Shown here piece after piece: positions 53,035-61,804 of a stretch of 64,000 nt of DNA; the stretch's first letter is position 1; the number at the start of each line of letters is the position of its first letter. Below the pieces are notes generated by a model that made no database searches, had not been told where the DNA came from, and was given only the letters and a program-made list of their open reading frames with translations. The stretch covers positions 48,887 to 112,886 of the forward strand of contig CAWFMQ010000003.1 of assembly GCA_963816905.1 (NCBI GenBank), in the 5' to 3' direction. Origin of the DNA: an uncultured Chloroflexia bacterium (GTDB lineage Bacteria; Chloroflexota; Limnocylindria; Limnocylindrales; CSP1-4). The translations under genes and the position numbers were made by a program.

Positions 53035-54251
53035 ACACCCTGGAGACTCATCCGCCTGGCGCTCTCGCGCCTCGGCACCGCCCGCCTGCGGGCGACGCTC
53101 ACGATGCTCGGGGTGATCATCGGCGTCGGGTCGGTGGTCGCGCTGGTGGCCGTCGGCCAGGGCGCCACGGCCGGCATCACCTCCCAGCTCCAGGGCCTCG
53201 GCACCAACCTGCTGACCGTCACCCCCGGTGCCAGCTTCTCCGGCTTCACGCGCGGTGCGGCGGGCTCCGCCAACACGCTCACGCGTGGCCGACGCCACCG
53301 CCATCGCGGGCCTGCCCGGCATCGCCGCGGTCGAGCCCGAGGTGTCGACCTCGGGGCCTCATCGTGGCCGGCTCGCTCAACGAGACGACTTCGATCATCG
53401 GCACCAACGCGAACTACCAGATGGTGCGCGCCTACAGCATCTGGCAGGGCTCGTTCCTGACCCAGGCCTCGGTGGACAACAGGCTGCGCGTGGCGGTGCT
53501 GGGCGCGACCACCGCCGACACGCTCGGCCTGGGCGCAGGCGTCCATCGGCTCGACCATCCAGATCGAGGGCCTGCCGTTCCAGGTGGTCGGCATCCTGCA
53601 GGCCAAGGGCACGTCGGCCGCCACCAGCCAGGACGACCAGGTGCTCATCCCCTTCACCACTGCGCAGCAGCTACTTCGTGGCCGGCGACAACGTCCGCTC
53701 GATCGGCATCAGCGTCGCGTCCGCCGACCAGATCGACCGCCGTCCAGGCGTCGGTGCACGAACCTGCTCGAGCAGCGTCACGGCATCGCCGCGCGGCGGC
53801 ACCGACGACTTCACCATCGCCGACCAGGCCCAGCTGCTCGGCACCGTCAACTCGGTGAGCGGGCTGCTGACCCTCCTGCTCGGTGGCATCGCCTCGATCT
53901 CGCTGCTGGTGGGCGGCATCGGGATCATGAACATCATGCTGGTCTCGGTCCGCGAGCGAACCCGCGAGATCGGCGTGCGCAAGGCCATCGGGGCGCGCGG
54001 CCGGGACATCCTCGCGCAGTTCCTCGTCGAGGCGCTGACGCTGTCCGTGCTGGGCGGTTGCATCGGCGTCATCGCCGGGATCGGCGTCTCGTACCTCATC
54101 GGCCGGCTCGCCGGCTGGGGGTTCGTGTTCAACCCACTCACCGTCGTGGTCGCCATCGCTCTTCAGTCTGCTGGTCGGAACCGTCTTCGGTGTCTGGCCG
54201 GCGCGCCAGGCGGCGCGCCTCGATCCCATCGTCGCGCTTCGGTACGAATAG
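53031..54251 (+). pseudogene. MacB-type FtsX permease, at least 9 frame changes
   Basis: LRATLTMLGVIIGVGSVVALV... / ...[17 protein letters not shown]... / ...[18 protein letters not shown]... / ...[33 protein letters not shown]... / ...[20 protein letters not shown] are scattered over three frames. Confidence 0.8.
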
Positions 54252-54275
54252 ACCGTCATCAATACAGGAGAATCC

Positions 54276-54891
54276 ATGGACGCGTACGACAACCAGTCGA
54301 ACCAGCAGCAGGGAGCCTCGCAGCCGCCGCCGGTGTGGAACAGCAGCGGACCGGCGAGCGCTCCGCCGCGCGCGAGTGTCTCGGACTTCGCCCCGCTGCC
54401 AATCCAATCCATCGCGCCAAAACCAGCCAAGGCCAGGTCTTCGAGAGCACTCAACGTCCTGCTGGGATTCGCGATGGTGGTGGCCCTCGGAGGCGTCGCA
54501 TTCGCGGCGGGCCGCTGTCAGCGCCCCGGCGGCCGCTTCCACGGGCGGCGGATTCCGCGGCACGGCCGGCGGGAGCTTCGCGCCCGGCGCCGGCGGCCTG
54601 GGTCGAGGATTCGGCTCGGGGGGCTGACCGGGACGGTGACTGCCGTCACGCCCACCGGCATCACGATCGCAGTCGGGCAGACCACCGTTAACGTTGCGAC
54701 GGACGGCTCGACCACCTATCACACCCAGGCACCGGGGAGCGCGAGTGACGTGACGGTGGGTTCGACGGTCCAGGTCCAATTCGGCAGACCGGCACACCGG
54801 CGGCGGCGGTTCTGCACGCCCCAGCCTGGCACCCGGCGCCACGACGCCCACCCTGGGTCCGGCCACGAGCATCACGGTCCAGGCCCAGTAG
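54276..54891 (+). pseudogene. membrane-anchored protein with DUF5666-like domain, about 3 frame changes
   Basis: [12 protein letters not shown]...[18 protein letters not shown] / Gly-rich segment / [33 protein letters not shown]...VGSTVQVQFG / ...ATSITVQAQ*. Confidence 0.6.
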
Positions 54892-54928
54892 AGCAGCGGC
54901 GTGTTCGGTCGCTGACAACAAAATACGG

Positions 54929-54962
54929 ATCGGGCGCCGGGTACATTGCCCAGGCGCCCGAT
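54929..54962 (-). terminator. intrinsic terminator for the DUF1269-like gene
   Basis: ATCGGGCGCC...GGCGCCCGAT, a 10-bp stem. On the minus strand it is followed by CCGTATTTTGTTG. Confidence 0.65.
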
Positions 54963-54984
54963 TCCGCGTTCCGTCCGGTGGCGA

Positions 54985-55506
54985 TCAGCCTTCGGCGGCA
55001 GGAGCCTCAGCGGCAGGGGCATCAGCGGCCGCCGGCGCGGCTGCGGCCACGGCCTCGAGGGCGTCGTCCGACACCGGGTGCGTCTCCGCCGTCCCACCCA
55101 ACTTGGTGAGCTGCTGGAAGATCATCGCGGCCTCTTCCTCGGACTCCACGAGGGTGCCCACGCCGGCCTTGCCGCCGGCGAGCTCACCCGCGATTCGCTC
55201 TCGGTCCATGTCGGTGAGGCCCAGGCCCTTGTGGTGGAAGTGGCCGATGAGTGCGCCGCCGATGATCCCGACGAGCAGCGTCGGCGGTGTCACGGCCGCC
55301 AGGACCAGGCCGATGCCGGCGCCCTTGCCGCCGCTCGTCTGACCCAGCCGGTGCTCCTTGATCTGGCCGTCCTCGCCGACGACAAGGACGCCGATGGGAC
55401 GGTGCGGGACGTCGCTTTCCTTCTCCCACGCCTTCAGCGACGCGACGGCCGTATCGGCGGCAGCTTCGTCGGGGAAGATCGCCAGGACCAGAGACATGTC
55501 AGCCAT
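54985..55506 (-). CDS. DUF1269-like stress/membrane protein
   Basis: LVLAIFPDEAAADTAVASLKAWE...GKGAGIGLVLAAV...HHKGLGLTDMDRERIAGELAGGKAGVGTLV. Confidence 0.7.
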   Translation of the reverse strand: MADMSLVLAIFPDEAAADTAVASLKAWEKESDVPHRPIGVLVVGEDGQIKEHRLGQTSGGKGAGIGLVLAAVTPPTLLVGIIGGALIGHFHHKGLGLTDMDRERIAGELAGGKAGVGTLVESEEEAAMIFQQLTKLGGTAETHPVSDDALEAVAAAAPAAADAPAAEAPAAEG

Positions 55507-55740
55507 TTTCCTGAGTCCCCTTCTGTCTATGCGAGGCGAATTCGCTCGCGGTTCTTTGGATGCCCTTGACTGGACGCGATGATAGGAGCGGTGGGATGCC
55601 GTGCTCCGGACTGCGGCGGGCCACCCGGTCTACCCTCTGGGCTCACCCGGCCAGGGTAGCCCCGGTGCGGGTCATCTCGGCATTCACGCCCGACCTGCCC
55701 CCGAGGCTCCGCTGACAGTTCCGGGCTGGTCCGTCGTGCG

Positions 55741-58092
55741 TTACTGCCGTGCCATATGGGCCCGCAGCTCGGCCTCCGGGTCGATGATCAGCTCGCCGCT
55801 GACGTCCACGACCACCTTCTCGAGGCCGCCGGTAAACGCGGACGGGCTCCGGTACTCCGGGGTCACCGGAGATCCTGGGTTGTGCCCACAGCTCACGCCA
55901 CCGGGGTTGAACATGAACGGCGTCGTGTACGGCGCGTCGGCGCTGGCGACCAGCGCCCCGTCCACGTAGAGCTGGAGCCGTCCGGGGACGCCCCGGCCGT
56001 GCGGCATGTCGGGCTGCCCGGTGGGCTCGAACTCGAAGCGGAGCTCGTGGTGTCCGGCCGGGAGCGGATCGGGCGACGAGACCATGAACCGCTCCCGGGC
56101 GACGTAGTTGTGGACGTAGTGCAGCCGATTGTCCTTGATATAGAGCGAGTAGCCTCCCGCCGCCGTGCCCTGGCAGAACAGGACGCCCTCGGCGCCGCCG
56201 TCGGGGATCTCGACCGACGCCGTGATGCTGTGCGGGCGGTTGAACAGGCGCGGCGCGGCGAAGTTGGGGATGGACTGGGTGCCGGGGCGGTAGGTGTACT
56301 GGTCGCGGGGCGGCGCGATGAGCGGCTTCTCCGCGATGACTCTGGCGAGACCGGATCCGTCCACCGGCATCACGTCGTACTTGCCCGCCTCGACGTACCA
56401 GGTCCCGATGAGCTCGATGAGCTTGTCACGGTGCTCTGCCGCAAGGTCGTGGTTCTCCGCCGGGTCCTCGTCTATGTGGTAAAGCTCCCAGCCGGTCGCG
56501 TCGAGCTTCGTCAACGTCTCGGCCGAGATCGGGTTGCCGAACCCGGTGCCGGCCTCGGCGAACGAGGGGCCCGGCCACGGGCACACTGCTCGCCAGCCAT
56601 CCTTGTAGATGGCCCGGTGGCCGAGCATCTCGAAGTACTGGACATGGTGGCGGCTGGGCGCGTCGGAGTCGTCGAGCGCGTGGGCGAAACTCACGCCCTG
56701 GATTGCCGACTGGGTGACGCCGCGGATCGCGGCCGGCGGTTCGACGCCCAGGAGGTCGAGGATCGTGGGCACCATGTCGATGATATGGGCGTACTGCGGG
56801 CGCACCTCGCCGCGCGCCCTGATCCCAGCCGGCCAGGAGACGATGAACGGGTCGGTGGAGCCGCCCCGGTACGTTTCGCGCTTCCAGCGCCGGAATGGGG
56901 TATTGCCCGCAAACGTCCAGCCCCACGGGTAGTGGTTGAAGTGGTCCGGGCCGCCGATCTCGTCGATGACGGCCAGGCTCTCCTCGAGCGTCTCCTGGGC
57001 GTTGTTGAAGAACTGCGCCTCGTTGGTCGTCCCGGTCGCGCCGCCCTCAGCGCTTGCGCCGTTGTCGCTGATGACCATGACGATCGTGTTGTCGAGCACC
57101 CCCTGCTCCCGCAGGAACTTGAGCAGCCGGCCGAGGTGGTGGTCCGTGTGGCTCAGGAAGCCCGCGAACACCTCCATCATCCGGGCCGAGAGCCGGCGGG
57201 CCTCGGGCGACAGCGAGTCCCATTCCGGCACATCCGGGTCGTGGCGCGACAGCTCGGCGTGGGGCGGCAGGATGCCGAGCTCCTTCTGGCGGGCGAACAC
57301 CACCTCCCGGTAGGCATCCCAGCCGTCGTCGAACTGCCCGGCGTACCTGTCCGCCCACTCCTTGGGCACGTGGTGCGGCGCATGGGTAGCCCCGAAGCAG
57401 AGGTGGAGGTAGAAGGGTTTGTCGGGATCGATCTGGCGGAGGTCCGTGATGAACTCGATCGACTTGTCGACCAGGTCCTCCGTGAGGTGGTAGCCCTCCT
57501 CGGGCGTCCGCGGCGGCTCGACCGGGTGGTTGTCGTAGACGAGATCCGGGTACCACTGGCTCGTGTCACCGCCCAGGAAGCCGTAGAACCGTTGGAAGCC
57601 GCGCCCCAGCGGCCAGCGGTCGTACGGGCCGGCCGCCGTCTCCTGGACACTCGGGGTGAGGTGCCACTTGCCGACCATGTAGGTGCCGTAGCCATGCTCG
57701 AGCAGCATCTCCGAGAGGAGGCCGTTTTCGAACGGCATGATCCCGTTGTAGCCCGGGTAGCCCGTGGCGAACTCGGTGATGCACGCCATGCCGTTGCTGT
57801 GATGGTTCCGCCCCGTGACGATGCACGCGCGGCTGGGCGAGCAGAGCGCCGTTGTGTGCATGTTGGAAAAGCGCAGGCCGTCCGCAGCCAGGGCGTCAAA
57901 GGTGGGCGTCGCGATGGGGCTGCCGTAGCACCCGAGCTGCCCGAAGCCGGTGTCGTCGAGCACAACAAACAGGACATTCGGGGCGCCGGGCCGGGCTCTC
58001 GTCGGCGCCGGCCAGGCGGGGCTCGACTCATCGACGGTCCGGCCGATGACGCCGGGGAAACCAGCGCCTGCGGCGTATTCAACGATGGGCAT
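55741..58092 (-). CDS. arylsulfatase (Cys-type, formylglycine-dependent)
   Basis: ATG at 58092 after GGAAGGAG. LFVVLDDTGFGQLGCYGS...TTALCSPSRACIVTGRNHH; 783 aa, intact. Confidence 0.9.
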   Translation of the reverse strand: MPIVEYAAGAGFPGVIGRTVDESSPAWPAPTRARPGAPNVLFVVLDDTGFGQLGCYGSPIATPTFDALAADGLRFSNMHTTALCSPSRACIVTGRNHHSNGMACITEFATGYPGYNGIMPFENGLLSEMLLEHGYGTYMVGKWHLTPSVQETAAGPYDRWPLGRGFQRFYGFLGGDTSQWYPDLVYDNHPVEPPRTPEEGYHLTEDLVDKSIEFITDLRQIDPDKPFYLHLCFGATHAPHHVPKEWADRYAGQFDDGWDAYREVVFARQKELGILPPHAELSRHDPDVPEWDSLSPEARRLSARMMEVFAGFLSHTDHHLGRLLKFLREQGVLDNTIVMVISDNGASAEGGATGTTNEAQFFNNAQETLEESLAVIDEIGGPDHFNHYPWGWTFAGNTPFRRWKRETYRGGSTDPFIVSWPAGIRARGEVRPQYAHIIDMVPTILDLLGVEPPAAIRGVTQSAIQGVSFAHALDDSDAPSRHHVQYFEMLGHRAIYKDGWRAVCPWPGPSFAEAGTGFGNPISAETLTKLDATGWELYHIDEDPAENHDLAAEHRDKLIELIGTWYVEAGKYDVMPVDGSGLARVIAEKPLIAPPRDQYTYRPGTQSIPNFAAPRLFNRPHSITASVEIPDGGAEGVLFCQGTAAGGYSLYIKDNRLHYVHNYVARERFMVSSPDPLPAGHHELRFEFEPTGQPDMPHGRGVPGRLQLYVDGALVASADAPYTTPFMFNPGGVSCGHNPGSPVTPEYRSPSAFTGGLEKVVVDVSGELIIDPEAELRAHMARQ

Positions 58093-58338
58093 CGTGCTCT
58101 CCTTCCCTGCCACGGCAGTTCTCGTTGATCCCTCGGGCGGTGTCGGCGCTCGGGACAAGGGCCGGATTCGATCGTGTCGTGCCGCGAGATCTCGGCGCAT
58201 CGACCCGATGGGGTGATCTTCGGACCATATCGAGCTTCGGACGACGGCGGTTCCCGAGTCTCGGACGGCGCCACGCATCTGTGACCCGGGCGTCATTATG
58301 ACCGCGAACGGGACGGAGCGGTCAGGCGAGGAGTGGTG

Positions 58339-59076
58339 ATGAGCGAGCTGATTGATCGTGAACGTGACTCCACGACGGGCACCTCGGAGTCGGCGCCCGA
58401 CGTCCCGACGATCGTCACCGAGGCCGGGCGCCAGTTGCGAGCCCCTTGGGCGGCAGGAATTGCCGGCGTCCTCTTCGCGATCATGTTCACCGCAGCCCTC
58501 TGGCTTCTGCGCAACCAGCCGATGATGACCGCCGACGACGCCGGACTCATTCGGCTGTTCGCGAACGGGGAGGATCTCGGGGCCCTGATCGGCGGGCTGT
58601 ACCTGGCGCCGTTCGCCGGCATCATGTTCCTGTGGTTCATCGCAGTCATTCGCGACCAGGTCGGGGAGCGCGAGGACCGCTTCTTCGCGACGGTTTTCCT
58701 CGGCAGCGGCCTGATCTTCGTGGCGATGCTGTTCACGACGGCCGCGGTCGCGAGCATCCCCGTCGTCGGCTCCCGCTACCTGGGCCTGCCGCCGCCGACC
58801 GCCGCCGAGATCGTGGTCCTGCGCGAGTTCTCATACGGGCTCCTGTTCGCGTTCTCAACCCGCGCAGCGGCAGTATTCCTCTTCGCCACCGCGACCATCG
58901 GGGTCAGGAGCGGCGCGTTTCCCCGGTGGTTCGCATGGACCGGGTACGCGCTCGGAGTGGTGCTGTTCGTGGCCGTGTCGTTCCTGGAGTGGAGCATCCT
59001 GGTTCTTCCGGCCTGGGTGGCGGTCGTCAGCGTGTTCATCCTGCGTCGGGAGAGGGCGCGTCGCCAGACGGCGTGA
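58339..59076 (+). CDS. polytopic membrane protein of unknown function
   Basis: GAGGAG lies 5 nt upstream of the ATG at 58339; about 6 hydrophobic spans. Confidence 0.7.
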   Translation: MSELIDRERDSTTGTSESAPDVPTIVTEAGRQLRAPWAAGIAGVLFAIMFTAALWLLRNQPMMTADDAGLIRLFANGEDLGALIGGLYLAPFAGIMFLWFIAVIRDQVGEREDRFFATVFLGSGLIFVAMLFTTAAVASIPVVGSRYLGLPPPTAAEIVVLREFSYGLLFAFSTRAAAVFLFATATIGVRSGAFPRWFAWTGYALGVVLFVAVSFLEWSILVLPAWVAVVSVFILRRERARRQTA

Positions 59077-59166
59077 CGAGTCGATCGGCCGGGGCCGTCA
59101 CGCACCTGTGCCTGCCGTTGCGTGGCGGATCGGAGGCACGTCGTTTCCGCGAGAAGGTCGACCGGG

Positions 59167-59430
59167 ACGTGGCAGGATCCCGTCGCAGTCGTCTCCGGCT
59201 GAGATCGTCTGACCCGGCGGTGAGGTCGGACAGCTCGCTCGCCCGGTGCGCGCGACGGGATCCTGCGGCTGGAGTCGCCGCGCACGACCGCTCCAGCATT
59301 GCCGGTCGCCGACCTTCCAGTTGGCCGCGGCCGTACGCCCGAGCCCAAGGGGCGGGGCGTCCGACAGTTTGTCCTCGCGAGGGGAGTCCGTCATGACGAT
59401 CTGTCATCCGCTGGAGGCCCACTGGGCCGG
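59167..59430 (+). repeat. hairpin-rich non-coding element, copy 1 (candidate structured RNA)
   Basis: Direct repeat of 60313-60576. Nested stems 59173-59186/59252-59265, 59195-59203/59238-59246, 59208-59214/59224-59230, 59393-59397/59403-59407. Confidence 0.85.
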
Positions 59431-59550
59431 CTCGACAGTCCCCCTTCGGAGGATGCCGGCGTGAGGCCGGTCGCCCACCATCTACACTCGACACGCGGCA
59501 TCGTCTCCGAGCGCGACGACCGGTCGGGATCACCAACGATGGAGGAAGCG

Positions 59551-60219
59551 ATGAGCGAGGGAAGCAAGCACGTGGTCCTGGCAATCTTCCGGGACGAGGC
59601 GGCCGCGGACGCGGCAGCCGAGGGGCTCAAGGGCTGGGAGCAGGCGAGCGACAAGAGCATCAGGCTGGACGCCGTGGGCATCCTGGTGCTCGACGAGCAC
59701 GGCGACATCAAGGCGGACAAGGTGGGCCACCGCACCAGCGGAAAGGGAGCCGGGATCGGGCTGGTCCTGGCGATGCTGACCCCGATCGGGCTGGCCGGCG
59801 GGATCATCGGCGGCGGCATCCTCGGTGCGCTGCATCACAAGGGCCTCGGCCTCTCGGACGGGGATCGCGAGCGCCTTGCCAGCGAACTGCAGGGCGGCAG
59901 GGCCGCGGTGGGCGTACTCGCCGAGTGGTACGAATCGGACGCCATCTCGGCCAAGCTTGCCGAACTCGGCGGCATTCCGGAGGTCCACGCCCTCGACGAC
60001 GAGTCGGTCGCCGAGGTCGACGCAGCCGCCGAGGACGCTCCGGCCGCCGAGGTCGACGCTGCCGCCGACGCCGCTCCGGCCGCCGCCGACGCTCCGTCCG
60101 CCGACCCGGCTCCGGCCGCCCAGGCCGCCGAGGCCGCCGACCCGGCTCCGGCCGCGGAGGCCGACGCTCCGGCCGCCGACCCGGCTCCGGCCGCGGAGGC
60201 CGACGCTCCGTCCGCCTGA
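59551..60219 (+). CDS. DUF1269-like protein with Ala/Pro/Asp-rich repetitive tail
   Basis: GGAGGAAGCG precedes the ATG. VVLAIFRDEAAADAAAEGLKGWE...GKGAGIGLVLAML...HHKGLGLSDGDRERLASELQGGRAAVGVL. Confidence 0.75.
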   Translation: MSEGSKHVVLAIFRDEAAADAAAEGLKGWEQASDKSIRLDAVGILVLDEHGDIKADKVGHRTSGKGAGIGLVLAMLTPIGLAGGIIGGGILGALHHKGLGLSDGDRERLASELQGGRAAVGVLAEWYESDAISAKLAELGGIPEVHALDDESVAEVDAAAEDAPAAEVDAAADAAPAAADAPSADPAPAAQAAEAADPAPAAEADAPAADPAPAAEADAPSA

Positions 60220-60312
60220 CGCCGAACAGGCCCGAGGTCGATCAGGTCGATCAGGTCGGGCCGGAGGGCCGCCCGGGATTGACCCGAGCGCCATCGTCAT
60301 CGTTCGGCCGAA

Positions 60313-60576
60313 ACGTGGCAGGATCCCGTCGCAGCGTCCCCAGGTGAGTTCATCTGACCCAGCGGGGAGGTCGGACAGCTCGCTCACCTGGTGCGCGCGA
60401 CGGGATCCTGTTGGCTGGAACCGCCGTGCACGACGGCTACAGCATGGCCGATCCGACCATCCGTGGTTGGTGTCGGCCCCCGCCCAGTCCCCCTGGTCGG
60501 GCGTCGCGGAATTGTGTCCGCCCTCCTGCGTCGTGTCATTACGATTCGTAATCCGGGCCCGTCCGCCGGGGCCCGG
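60313..60576 (+). repeat. hairpin-rich non-coding element, copy 2
   Basis: About 85% identical to copy 1 over the first ~150 nt (hand count: 128 matches, 17 mismatches, 4 gap positions); patchier afterwards. It ends at the stop codon of the convergent response-regulator gene. Confidence 0.85.
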
Positions 60577-61356
60577 TCAGTCGAGCTGCTCCCGAGCTTC
60601 CTCCGTCGTGTCCCAGCCCTGGTTCGAGAAGGTGGGGATGAACCGGTAGCCTCGCCCGGGTACCGTGGCGATGAAGCGCGGACGCCGGTAGTCGTTCTGG
60701 AGCTTGATGCGCAGGCTGCGCACGTGGCGGTCCACGATGTTGCTCTCGGACATGAAGTCGGTGCCCCAGATGGCATCGATGATCTCGTCCCGGGTCACCA
60801 CGCGCCCCGCCCGACTGGCGAGGAGGTACAGCAGGCTCTGCTCGATGCCGCTGAGGTGGATGACCGAGTCACCGGCGCGCACCACACGATTGACGATGTC
60901 GATCTCGATCTCGCCGAGCCGGATGGTTGGGATGATCGGGAGATCCGTCCCGGACGCGCGGCGGCTGATGACGACGGACCGCGCGAGCAGCTCTTCCGGG
61001 GAGAACGGCACGGTCAGGATGTCGTCGACCCCGAGATCGAAGGCCTTGAGCTTCGTCTGCAGGTCACCGCGTCGTGTCAGGCCCAGGACCGGCGTCCGAC
61101 TCTGCCGCAGGGTGTTCGAGGCGCCGAGCCGTCGCAGCAGCACGGCACTGTCCCCGCGGTCCATGTCGACCACGCCCAGGTGGGGGCGCCAGTGGGCGAG
61201 GATTGCCTCCGCCTCCGCGAAATCGGTCGCCGCCCGGACCACGAACAGGCCGTGATTGAGCGTCAGCTGAATGAGGTCCACGAGCAGGGGATGATCGTGG
61301 AGGACGAGAGCCCTGCGCGCCTCAACCGCATCCGGATTCACGTGGTCGACAGTCAT
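60577..61356 (-). CDS. OmpR/PhoB-family response regulator, orphan, atypical receiver
   Basis: wHTH (ESNIVDRHVRSLRIKL...VPGRGYRF). The receiver has HD instead of the acidic pair and TVPF instead of TKPF. No histidine kinase gene is adjacent. Confidence 0.9.
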   Translation of the reverse strand: MTVDHVNPDAVEARRALVLHDHPLLVDLIQLTLNHGLFVVRAATDFAEAEAILAHWRPHLGVVDMDRGDSAVLLRRLGASNTLRQSRTPVLGLTRRGDLQTKLKAFDLGVDDILTVPFSPEELLARSVVISRRASGTDLPIIPTIRLGEIEIDIVNRVVRAGDSVIHLSGIEQSLLYLLASRAGRVVTRDEIIDAIWGTDFMSESNIVDRHVRSLRIKLQNDYRRPRFIATVPGRGYRFIPTFSNQGWDTTEEAREQLD

Positions 61357-61469
61357 GGTTCGCCGCTCACAACGTGCCGAAACGCCCGATACGACCGCAT
61401 TCTACCCCCGCGGTGCAGTCATTCAAGTAACAGGGTGACGCTGTCGGAGCGCGCACCATCCTCCCAAAT

Positions 61470-61504
61470 GGAGGATGTGCCGCACCCGGCCGTGTGGTCC
61501 AATC
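61470..61504 (+). promoter_or_regulatory. conserved 35-nt box, copy 2, in the divergent regulator/CHAD intergenic region
   Basis: ggaggatGtgccgcacccggccgtgtggtCcaatc. It is preceded by catcctcc, which pairs with ggaggatg (8-bp hairpin, 61457-61477). Confidence 0.55.
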
Positions 61505-61639
61505 GTGCGCCTGGAAAGCAGCACAGCGTGCGGGTCGGTACCATCAGCGCGCGAGGTGCCGGACGGTTCGAGGCGAGCAGATTGCGGACGATGGACCGGT
61601 AGCTGCCCGACGCAGCGACGGGAGGAAAGGAGCGGAAGC

Positions 61640-61804
61640 ATGCCATCCATGAGCGAGCCGGTCTGGACTGCGCTGAGCACCGACGCGCTCAAGGCACACG
61701 GAGTCGGTCAGTCCCAGGGACTGAGCGCCGCCGAGGACCTGCTGCAGATCCGGACAATCGAGAGGCCGGACCCGGCATTCGTCCCGACATCGGTTCCGGC
61801 ATGA
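61640..61804 (+). CDS. 54-aa ORF resembling a P-type ATPase N-terminal (Cation_ATPase_N) segment
   Basis: GGAGGAAAGGAG upstream. VWTALSTDALKAHGVGQSQGLSAAEDLL fits W.ALS.....LG.....GLS..EA. ATGA overlap with the CHAD gene. Confidence 0.45.
   Translation: MPSMSEPVWTALSTDALKAHGVGQSQGLSAAEDLLQIRTIERPDPAFVPTSVPA

Noticed and set aside
59167-60576. The 264-nt elements could be integron attC sites delimiting a cassette.
   Set aside because: There are no RYYYAAC/GTTRRRY core sites and no intI gene in the window, and the element is longer than typical attC sites. The cassette idea remains only as one of several hypotheses in the finding.
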